A stretch of DNA of 64,000 nucleotides. Source: Eledone cirrhosa (lineage: Eukaryota). Location: the NCBI GenBank assembly GCA_964016885.1, contig OZ024740.1:142786001-142850000 (forward strand). The letters are read 5' to 3'. Positions 24,261 to 36,798 of this stretch are shown here, in pieces (the first letter of the stretch is position 1; every line of letters starts with the position of its first letter). The notes below the pieces were generated by a model that made no database searches, was not told the origin of the DNA, and saw only the letters and a list, made by a program, of their open reading frames with translations. The position numbers were made by a program, and so were the translations under genes.

Positions 24261-27200
24261 CTTAAAAAAAATAAATAAAAATAAAAACATAAAGCAAAAA
24301 GAAATAAAAGTAGTTGTAGTGGTTGTTGTTATTGCTTAGCTCAAAGTCAACCCTAATCAAACAGACCAATTATAAAGGACAGGTGCCCTCTTTTTAGTGA
24401 GACAGCTACAAGAGAATTTCCAAGCTTAGTGTAAGCCACTAGTATAACTATCTAGCTTCCGTTGATCTGGAGAAGATTTTTGACAAAGTGCCACAATCTG
24501 TCATCTGGTGGTCCCTAAGGAAACTAGGTGTAGAAGAATGGCTTGTGAAAGCAGTGTAAGACATGTACAGAGGAGCTGTTAGTAAGATGAGAATAGGTAA
24601 TAAGTTAAGTGAGGAATCCAATGTGCAGGTAGGTGTCCATCAGGATTCAGTCCTCAGACCATTCCTGGTTATTACAGTTCTTCAGGCCATAACAGAAAAT
24701 TTAATATAAGCTGTCTGTGGAAGAGCTAGAGAAGAAATTCCAGTTTTGAAAAAGAGCTAAGAGTCAAAACGGCTTAGAATAAACTTGAGAAAAACAGAAG
24801 TTTCGGTCAGTAGGAAAGAAAAGAAAACTTTGATGCACATTGATAGTTGGTAGTAAAAGCATCGATAAAATATACTTTTTCCAATCCCAGGAAGGTTCCA
24901 TAGTAGTTGATAGCTTCTGCTACATAGGTGGAGAAGGTTTCACTGAGAGCATGGTAACTAGGATAAGAACAAGATGGAAAAAGTTCAGGGAGCTACTGCC
25001 TCTGTTGACAACAAAAGAAAGGCCAGCTGTATGATGCCTGTATGCAAAGTGTAATGTTGCATATTAGCCAGACACGAATATGCAAAGGCTAAAAAGAAAT
25101 TAAGCAAGGAATCCCAGTGAAAGGAAGCTGCAGAAGCAGGAGATGAAGGAAACGCTCATAGAGGAGATGACTAAAAACTGCAACAACTGGAGGGATGCTG
25201 TGTTAGAAAAGACCCGTCCAACCCATGCAAACAGGGAAAAACAGACATAAAACAATGATGATAATGATGATGATTCTAGCAGCAATGATTATCCTATCAT
25301 TTTGTACATATTACTATGGAATATTGTAAGGAGATAATTAAAAGTAGCACTAACATAACATGGTTCATCATAGGCGTGTATATCAAAGCATATGCAATAT
25401 ATTTATATATAATAAACTTACAAGTGTATTGCAATGAATTTTTTTTTAAAGCAGTGATCATGTATGTCACAGTTATCTCACTAGTGGTGAGAATGTCAAA
25501 TAGCTATTTGGGGATTATTATCTGACATTAGTAACATTTAGTCACTTGCTACTGAGCTATTTATGGCATATGAAACATCGGCTGCAGATGCTCATTTGCA
25601 TATAATGCAAACTTGACAGGTGAAAGGGAGATAATTAGAAGTGGCACTAACATCATAGGTGTGTATATGAAAGCAGGATATTGACTCTTAACATCCTGTA
25701 CTGATTTAGCAGGAAATATTTTAAGATGGGCTTGTTAATTTAAATGTTTATAGTATCTTTACCATTGTGAAAATTTGCAGTAAACTAAAATAAAGGCTTT
25801 AATATTTAATGTGATTCAGTCATAGTGCTGTTTTGTACATCTCAATGTGCTTTCATATGGTACAGGACGTTAAGAGTTAAATCACAATCCACAGACTATA
25901 TGTCTGAGAGGAGGTCAGCAATAATATCAACTTACCTTCTTAATAATTTCCATTTCCATCTGCTGCTCAACATAACTGAGAAAACAAGATTTGCAGCTGG
26001 AATAAAGCATTCTTTCTTTCACTGGGATACTATAACCAGGTGTAGAATATATGAACACTGCAAAGAAAATGACACAAATGACAATAAAATGTTTTACTTC
26101 CTCTATTTTACTTCTTTTTCATGGTGTAAAGTGACTGGCATTAAGAAAGGCTTCTAATTGTAGAAACCAAGCCAAAAATGGAATGTCTGAACAAGATATG
26201 GTCACCTGACAAGACAAGTCTCAAAACATGACAATCTATCTAACTGGAAAATATGGAAAATAGATGTTAAATGGTGATGATGAGGATGATGACATTATCA
26301 TCCTAAATTATAAGCACCATCTATCTACCAAATTCCACTCACTAAATATTGGTTAACCTGAGGCTAAAGTGATAATATAAAGTGGTAGTGCTAAAGTCAC
26401 ATTAAAATGCTCCCAATATATCTCTGGGAAGTGACTGAAGAATGTCCATATGTAGAAACCAAACCAAAAATGGAACATATGAACAAGATATGGTCGCCTG
26501 ACCAGTCTAGCCTCAGAACGTGACAACCTGTCTAACCCATGCAAGCATGAAAAATAAATAATTATGATATATCTTCATTCAGATACGAGACAAAAATTTA
26601 GTGGATATATAATGGACTTGAGATACTTATAAATACATGAATGTACCCATACTTATGTGTACACTATCTACGTGTATAAACACACACAGACACACACACT
26701 CAGTCACTCACACGCAAAAAAATAAACAACAAATGTATACAAACCAATGTTCTCCATATAATCTCCTTCATGGGTATGTTTGAATGTGAAGAAATGATAC
26801 CGGGCATGGTTATCAGGCACGTACTTTGGTAAGACATTCACATCAATAGTTGATTCGATTTCTAAGCAAATTCTCTCTTTTTGTATATCAATACTCTATA
26901 GATGAGAAATAATAACAATTGTCAAGCCACATGGAAATCATATTCACCATCATCACTGTATCTGCAGGAATACATGTAAATGCAGGAATTTGATTGCATT
27001 TGAATGTATGTGAGTCATTGCAGTATGTGGTAAGGAGATGCATATATGTGTGCAAATGCATATGTGTATGTGCATGTGTGACAAATATTGTGTATGCATG
27101 TATGATTGCATATCCTCATGTGACTGCATATGTAATTTGGCATATGTTTTCTTGAGCACACATGTCCAAATATTTGCAAATGTCTGTAAGTTTGAATGAG

Positions 27201-30200
27201 CGCATATATACGTATGTGTGAGAAGCAAGGGAGAAAACAGTAGTGTAAGGGAATGTAGGAAAGTAAGTGAATGGCAGAGAGAGTAAGAGGAAGTACTGAG
27301 TAAGAGAGGGTGAGAGGATAAAAGAGTGAATATAAAGAGTGAGTAAGAGAAAGTAAGTGACTGAGAGGTGATGATCTAGTTTGACAATAACAGTAAGTGA
27401 AATACTTACAATCTGGATATAAGTTATTAAACCATTCTGGAGGCGCTCCAAAGCTGCGATACAATCATTTGTGATGGGGAATGCTAGACCTTGCATCGTT
27501 TGGTTCTTAGTATCAATATTCACATCAGTATTCACCTAACAACAAAACAAAAGACATTTACACTATCTACTTCTCTGGTTCATGAGTTTGTGGGCATATA
27601 AGACAAAGATTGTGTATGCATGTATGATGGAATCTCCTCATGTGATTGCATATATAATTTGCTATGTGTTTCCATGAGCACAAATGTAATCACTCAAGAT
27701 GCAAGAAATAGCAGCTAAGTCTCTCAAAAATCCATCACTATCATCTTAAAAGAGAAAGACATATTTAGACAATATAGTCCTAAATATACAAAAGAGTGGA
27801 TTGTCACTACTAGGAAAAAAATCTTTGGTCATTTAAAGTTAAAGTTTGTCTTGAGCTTGGAGGTTCATCAAACCAGAGCTTATCTTGGATACATGAAGAC
27901 ACTTGTCTGCGATAAGGTCAAACCCTCCACCCCAGCTGCTGCTGATACTACTGGTACTTGATTTTTTTTTTTTTTCAGCTGAGTTGACTACAGCAAGATC
28001 TAGGGATTGAATCCATAATCTTCCAATCATGAACCCAATAGATTAACCACCACTAAGTTGGCGACCGCTGATTCAAAGCATTAGTTACAGAAAAACTAAC
28101 TTGTACACCAGATTAAATGCCTTACAGAATTCAATTTTGCTTTTGCTCCTCTGTATTTAGAGTTCAACTTCTTTAGGTGACTTAGTTGGAAAAGAGAGGG
28201 CACTACTTACAGTCATTTTCAAGGACAACTGAGATTGCTAGAAAGAAGAAAAGAAATTACCCTGAAACCCAAGAACTAACCCAAATGTTTGCAACAGAGT
28301 GGACTCAACTATTGACACACAAGAATCAGATTAAGTTTACTACCAAAAACAGGAATAGTCACTGTAACAATCTTCCACACAGGTTCCATCTACCAATTTT
28401 AACTCACAAGGTTTTCATTAATGCAAGGTTATAGTTGAAGTACAGTACACAGCTTAGAGGTTAGTTTTGAGTTCAGTCATAGGGTCATGGATTCGATTCT
28501 TGGACCAGACAGTACAGATCTTTGAACAAGCACTTCATTTAATGTTGCTCCAGTCCACTGGAGGGAAAAAATGAGTACCAACAGCAGTTGGGAGCTAACT
28601 CTGCATAAGGCATTGAAGATATGAACAACAAAGATGTCAAAAGAAACAGAAAAAAATAAACCTGTTCAAAGAAACAAAATAGTTCAAATACTTACTTCAG
28701 TTTTCTTAATAATTTCTAACTCTTCTTCAGCAAATGTTAATGGAGCAGGGGCCTTCTGGAATTCTATATGTTTGAGAAAACCATTCAGGGATATATCTTC
28801 CTATAATTATCAAAATACAGAGATGATAAATACTTGACCCTTGGTTAAATTTAGAAAACGAAATAGATGGAAGAGAAGAAGAGAAAAGAAATATGTTCAT
28901 GTATACAGAGAATAAAATGTAAACATCCCACCCCTTGCAGTTACTTAACACTTTCATTACCATATTTTTTAATGAAAAACACTGCCTATGATTTTGAAAT
29001 CATTTTGAAAATAAACAAGAATTTGAAGGGATTTAGTATGATGAAATAACTAAATTTCTTGATTTTAAGCTGGTGTTTGGAACATAACAAAGGTTCTTTC
29101 ATAAAATTATTATAAAAGTCTTTTTCAAATAAATATAAACACTTTAAAATAAACAATTTTCTATCATAGAATTAGGGTTGGTATCAGGCAGCTAGCTGTC
29201 AGGGGTTGGTGAGTGAAATAGTCTCTTGATACACTGAAGTGGGGGGTTAAAAATGTTAAAGTCTGTCACAAGTCCAGAAGCTCATCAGGCCGAGTTTATC
29301 CCAGTTTTATTGGTGTTAAGCAAAGAGTTGCCACTTCTATTCATATCTATAACTAAAACTGCATCAAAAGTTTGGCCTTCCAATTCAGAACCAGAAACTA
29401 CTTCAAAGTTCGCTAGTTCGCCACAAATGTTAAATAAGACCCACAATGGAGTGCTGCTCTCACATCTTTTGTGGTTTTGCTGCTGCTGTCCACACAGACA
29501 TCCTAAACTGTATTCCAAAGAAAGCCATCCAACTAATCAACATGGATTCACTCAACCAACACACTCCAAACTCTGGCTTATTAACATGCTGTTACAAGTG
29601 GTGTTACTAGGGTTGGTGTCACCCAGTGCAGTAATTGATAGCATCACCAATCCTTTCCATGGGTCTCTTTCTGTGCCAGATCATCAAAATTCTTAGTAAT
29701 ATTTTGTGAGTTACCAAACAAAAGGCCAAGAGGACTCTTAATTGTGTCAAGGACATGACAACCTCCCTAGTGTTTTGGGCCACAAATTGCACCTAATACA
29801 CTCTGTAAAGTGGTTGGTGAAAGGAAAAGCATCTAGCTGTAGAAACCAGCACAGGACAGCAGGCATTAAGCAATGATGATGATGATGATTTTAACTTACT
29901 TCAACTGTACCAAATAATTCTTCTTTTATGGAACCTCCACCAAACTCGGACTTCAGGGTTGACCTTGTAGCAGCAAACACCATTTTCTCACGCACCTTGA
30001 TCAGAAGGAATTCAGTGATACAAAAATGCAGAAAAGAATACAAATAAACTTCCAATAGTAAACATTTTTGAAATGTTTACTATTTCTCAATGATAAACAC
30101 TTATGAAATATTTGCCATCCTCAATAATAAACATTTCATAAATGTTTAATATTCCTCACATTTATGATGTTTACTATTCCTCAATGGTAAATAAAAAATG

Positions 30201-33200
30201 TTTGCTATTTTCAATGATAAACATTTACGAAATGTTTGCAATTTCTCAATAGTAAATATTTATGAAATGCTTACTAGTTCTCAATAATAAACATTTATGA
30301 AGTGTTTATTGGAAAATGATGAAATGCATTTGACTTGCAGGATAAAGAGAGGAAACTATACATATTAAGTCTATAATGAGTATACAGTGAACCCCCGACA
30401 TTCGCAGTCTTGGTTATTCACGGATTTTCCTTAGAACCTAACTAATAATTGTTTGTGGAAACCACTGCATATTCGCGGAATCATAAATATCTTCTGCGAT
30501 TTTTTATGGCTTTTTTCATGGCAATATATTTTTTTTAATGCTAAATTATTAATAACAATATACCGTATTTGCCGGCCTATTGGACGCCCCTTCGCATAAG
30601 ATGCTCCCTCTTTTTTTATAATATTTTACATTATATTTTTATGTTTATAGGCATTTTTATGGACCACGTCTAACATTCCCAGTTTTTCACTCTTCGTGAG
30701 TACTCTGGTAATGTAACCCTTGCGAATACCAGGGGACAACTGTATATGACTTGTCTTGTTCCCTCAACTCCATCTGGATTTGAGGGAGTACTATCACGAC
30801 ATACGGCATCTCTTCTAGATTTTAAACCTGACGGCACCCAGTGACAAGACATGAACCAATTATGTAAACATTGTAAATACCCCCTCACACACACAAACTA
30901 ACATGCAAGGATATATATCCTGATTAACGTTTCCGTTTCTGGCCATATTGCAGTGTTTTGGTCAACCCTTACCTATGGTCATGAATCTTGGATTATGACC
31001 GAAAGAATACAACATGAATACAAACAGCCAAAATGGGGTTCCTTCAAAGGGTCCTTGGAGTAACATTACTCTCAGAGGTTGGAGAGTTGCTCCACACGGA
31101 GCTGCTATTTCTCCAAATTGAGAGATCATAGCTCGGATACTACAGACATGTGGTCAGCATGTCTCAGGAAAGAATAGTTGGACAGATTTTACAGATAAAA
31201 CCAACAAGCAGGAGACCCAGTGGTAGACCCTGAGCAAGATGGTTGAATAACATCCATGAACTTGGCTGGTCTCACTTGGAGATCAAGCCAAATCAATTGG
31301 AAACGGTTGCTTCTGACAGGACCTGCTGGAAGGCCTGCTTCAGGACTCTACCTCCACGACCCAACCAAGAATAAGTGGGTGAAGAAGACCATGTTTCTAA
31401 TAAAATATACTGTATTTTAATAAATTAATGAACAATTTGGAGGGATTTACTCAAATTATTACTTATTTTATTAATATAAATAGGTAGACACAAAGCAGGC
31501 TTTGTTTACAAACAGCTAGCGAATTTGAAAATTAGGTAGTAACATGTGCTTATACCATATTTGACTAAATAGGATTAGTCTGTTAGTTAGGATTTAAAAA
31601 ACCCTCTGAATGGAAAAAAGGATGAGTATTGACATACATGGGACATGAACCCACATTTTTGGTTTACCAGACCAATGTGTTACCATTATTGTAGTTGGTG
31701 AAAGGAAAATCATCTAGCTGTTGAAACCAGCAAAGGAAAGTAGGCATCAAGCAATGATGATGATTTTAACTTACTTGGTAAGGCAAACCAAAGATGTGGG
31801 TTCGTGTCCCATGTGCGTCAATACTCATCCTTTTTTCCATTTAGAGAGTTTTTTTAAATCCCAACTAACAGACTAATTTTATTTAGTCAAGTACAGTGTA
31901 AGCACATGCTACTACCTAATTTTATTTTATTAAGACGGTATTTGTAACATAACTTAAAGGTTCTTACATTAACTTATGCTGAAAGGCTTTAATTTAAATT
32001 AAAATCACTTAAAATAGGTAGTTTTGTTTCATAGAATCAGATGCAGTTTTGGGTAGGTTAGTATGAAAAGAGTTAAATGTCTAATGTTTAAAATACCCAG
32101 GAATAAAACACCTGATGATGATCAAAGATCAAACTAACCATAGTACCATCATTGTCACCATCATTTTTACGTCCATATGTACCAGTATGGATTGGATGCA
32201 ACTTTATAAGACAGTGTTTTCTGACAAAATACCCTTCCTGGTGCCAACCCTTTCAGTCACCTCTAACAGCACACAGGGATATGATACAGCATTCCTAATC
32301 TAAAAACCAGGATACATACAGTATAAATATTTGCATAATATAAATATATACTCTCAAGATGAGGTTAACAGTCTGAGAAATTACCATCTGGATATATATT
32401 ACTCTGGTTGATAAGAATATTAAGTAGCTTATGACATTTCTTTCAGAGCATACCATATTCTTGAAAGAGATAGTATCAAACTTCATATACTTTATCAACA
32501 AAAATAATATTACTGATAACAACGATGAGAATAACAATGGTTTGTAATTAAAGCACGTGGTTAGCAATTCGGTGGGGAAGAGAGTATGTCAATTATATCG
32601 ACCCTGGAAGGAAAAAAGACAAAGTATCCTCAGCAGGATTTGAACTCAAAATATAATGCTCTAATGATTCTGCTAATCCACTAGCCCTTTTAATAATGAG
32701 AGTAATAATCCTAATATTGGCATAAACCCACAATTTGGTGGGGAAGGGGAATAGACAATTGATTCAACTTTAATATATGACTGCTATTCATTTTAGCAAC
32801 ACATTCTTCTTTCTTTTTTAGTTCATTTTACTCCCTATAGATCATTGGATAACAAGAGATCCTTATTCCCTATGGTCACAAGCTCTGTCATGAGCCTGCT
32901 CTCAGACCAGGTTTATGTCTGCCAGGTCTTCTGCCACAGAGATCAGCCAGGTCTTAAAACACCATGCCACTTTCAGGATTCCAAGCATTCATTATCAACA
33001 CTGGAGATATGGAATACTAAAGTTGACTTTAGAGATCTGAACTCTAAAGTCAACTTTAGAAGACAAAAATAAATACTGTAAACTATTTAATGTGACAAAA
33101 ATAATACTTACCGGTGAAAAGTCTGGAGACCAACAGATAAAGGCCCATTCATAGCCAAGGTTATTTTTTGAATCCAAGCGATATAGTATGTAACAAGGTT

Positions 33201-36200
33201 TCTTATCCTCCAAATATCTAAGTACCATTTTATCATAATGTGAAAGAGCTGTTAAAGAATTATATAAATCTGTGGCATCTAATTGTCTCATGAGACAATG
33301 GATCTGCTCCTGGAAAGTCTTGCTTTATACACACATACACACACAAACACACAGCCATTACTTGTAAGCAAGGATGACTTGATAGCATGTACCATGCTTT
33401 TGTGAATTGTGTTTGGCCTATGATCAATGTACTTGACTCTGCTTGCTTCAATCTACCTTGGCAATCATCATATATATAGCACAGCATTAGCTACTCTTTA
33501 CTTCATGTACAAGTCAGTATTTACATACAGTTGGTGGTATTGATCTTTTTATAGGTGACACAGCTTTCATTTTTAGTGATTTATACATTCACAAGTCTCT
33601 TACTACATTGCTAGCTATAGCACAGACAGATGTATATACACACACACAGATATGCTCACACACATAGATATATTTACACATACAGACATACAGACACACA
33701 CACACACACACACACACACAACAGACAGGCAGGCACATTGAGATACACATCATTATCATCATCATCATTTTATGTTAGTTTTCTATGTTGGCATGGGTTG
33801 GATAGGTCAATATAGTCCGAGACTAGACTTGTCCGAGCACCACATTTAGCTCTTGTGTTCCATATTTGGTATGGTTTCTATGGCCCTTCCTAATACCAAA
33901 CCCCTTAAAGGGTGTAATGGATGCATTTTATCATAGCACTACCATTTTACAGAATGCCATGAAAGTATTTTATTGTAGCACCAGTATTACCACATTATAG
34001 AGTGTACTGGGTATATTTTATCATGGCACAATCACAACTACATTAGAGAGTGTACTAGGTGCATATATACTTCTCACACCAAATGTTTAACTTAAGAAAT
34101 ACCATATGAGGTCTGTCAAAAAAGTATCCAATCTTAAGCTGGGAAAAAATAATTACATAGTTGGTAGGGTTTGATTGTTAATCTCCTTCAAAGTTTTATC
34201 CCTTGTGCCTCCACACACATAGCCCAACAATCCTTCCACTGTTTAAAACATGTCTTGAATGCTTCATCAAGAATGACTGTCAGCTCCACCATTGCAGTCT
34301 GCATGAAGCTCAAATGAGCCATGTCTGGAGAGTGGATCAGCTGCAACAAATGAGAGAGGGCATTGTCATGATGCAGCTGCCTGTTTTGGAGTCTAAGGAT
34401 CTGGTCTATAAACTGAACTGCCTTATGAAGACATTGGACAACTTCCTGATAGTACTTTGTAACTGTTTTTTCCTTTTGGTGCATATTCAGGATACACAAT
34501 ACTTCAGTAGTAAAAATAAAAAAAAAACAGTCAGCATCACTTTGATTTTGCTCCACAGCTGACATTGCTTTTTGGGGACGTTGGTGATGTTGAGTGTTTC
34601 CACTGTGATAAATGAGCTTTGGTTTCTTGGTTTTACCTGTACACTCATGTCTCATCTCCAGTTATCACAGTATTCAGGATCCTTGTTAGCAGTATCAGGG
34701 GAAATGAAAATGTGCAGCACCTCACATGCTGGATGCCTGACAGCAACTGATATGTCTATCAAATTCACCAAAAATGATGCATGCACATGAATGTATCCAG
34801 CTCCATCCTACACACTTTTATCTCTCTAACATCATTACTTATACAAAACAAAGTGAGATACTTTTTTGACAGACTGCATATATGTGTGTATATATATAAA
34901 AGGATATCATTTTTCCAGTCACTAGTTGGCATTAAATGTTTCTCTAAAACTATCACTTCTGAAAAAGAAAGAAGATAATCATGAAAAGAAACAATAATTA
35001 AGGTATTTTTAAAAATAATAACAACATTGTTGAAATAATGATTTTTTAAAATAATATTCTTAATCAATGATTTCTTAAAATAATGTTTTTAAAATATTGT
35101 TTTGTAATAAAAAAAAATTTAGAATGAATTTTTTATCTTCTGCTTCCCTCCTTGCAAAGTATACTTCCTGGCCTCTATATAGGGTACTCTGCTTCCCTGG
35201 TTCTTTCATGACCTGGTCCATCAACTTGATGTCTCTATAGTTTCCTCTATCTAGTGCATCGCCTTTACCTTAGCAGTTGACAATGATGCTGCTGTGCTAA
35301 TCATTCGGTATGACACCATTTAGTATTACTTGGTTTACAATACAAGTGGTTAAGGTGTGACCCACTGATGCTTACAGCATCTCGGAAACTATCCCCGATG
35401 GACCGGCTGCTTTTCCGGTCACAATTTTTCCTAACACACTGCCTCACAATCCTGAACACCTTGTGTTTCTGGTCTTCATTCTGCAAAACATGCTTGAATT
35501 TTTTATCTTGATTCTCTCCTTGGAATGTATAGTTCCTGGCCTCTATGTAGTGTACCCTGATTCCCCTGTTCTTCCTTTTTTCCATGTCTGTCTTTTGTCC
35601 TTAATTGTCTCATCTACCTTATTGTTCCACAACCAAGTCACTCTCTTTCTCTCTGTAACCCTGCAGCATCACCTTCAGTAAATTATTTTTCAGGAACTCC
35701 CAATGCTCTTCTACACTGAATGTCACTATTTGTTCTTCCTTAGTGTCGTAGGGCATCAAGCAAAATATCTTTAAATTTGTTACTGGCTGAGGGCTCTTTC
35801 AACTTCTGTCTCCAAGTTCATATAGCTCTGATAATGAGGTCACTAACAACTAGATTATGTTGGGCGGTGCATTCCTCGCCAGGGAAGGATTTCGTGTTTA
35901 CCACTGTCACTTATCTCACCCTCTGGTAAGGATAAAATCTGATTAGCATGTTCACCTGATTTATAGGTGATCAGGTGGTTGTCAGGTTTTTCAAAGTTTG
36001 TGTTACGTATTGATAGGTCATGGCGTCATAGAATTCTAGGAGCCTGAAACCTTCTTCATTTCTTGTGCCAAACATGTGGCCACCATGGACTCTGTAGAAG
36101 CCGTCACAGTGTTTTCCCACATGTCCAATAAAGTCTCCTGCATTGATTATGAAGTCAGTGTCATTCGTTAGGGTAGTGGCATGCATTAGGAATTCATAAA

Positions 36201-36767
36201 ACCTATCTTTGAGTTTGACTGTCAACCCAGATCGGGGTGCATATGTAGATATAATTGTAGCCATCATTCTATTTAAGACTAGTCAAAGTTTAATGATTCT
36301 TGTGTTCACTCTATTTACAGAGATTACCTTATCTACCCATTTATCAGCTAATAAAATACCTTTTCTCCCCAGCCCATTGTCATTTACCACCCAGAAAAAT
36401 GTGTAATACTGTTTTTTTGCTTACAAGGATTCTAGCTGACTCTCCCTTCTAGACTCTTGTACACAACATACATCAATTTTCTTCCTCTCTAGCATCTCTA
36501 CAATCTCTCCTGTTCCTTTCATTGTGCTCATGTTGATGGTGCCAATTCGGAAGTTTGGGCCTTTGATGCCAATGATAGAGGGGGAAGATGAGGGTGGATA
36601 TTTGCAGGGTTGGAATGGGTGTATGCTTTCTGTATATGAAATAAAGAAGGTTTGCATGGTCGCTTGGAAATGTGTGGATTCATATTTAGAGTTGCTCCAT
36701 CATTTCAGCCCATCCATAATAAACAAAAATCTCCAGGAAGAATAGAGAAGATAGTTTCAGTAAGAGT

Positions 36768-36798
<31 letters not shown>

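Noticed and set aside
30053-30311. CRISPR-like array of palindromic repeats
   Set aside because: No unique spacers, degenerate units, eukaryotic intron context and no cas genes.
32995-33291. ORF-track start [18 protein letters not shown] as a twinfilin N-terminus
   Set aside because: This is intronic sequence covering the U12 branch point; homology begins only at (D)YDKM.
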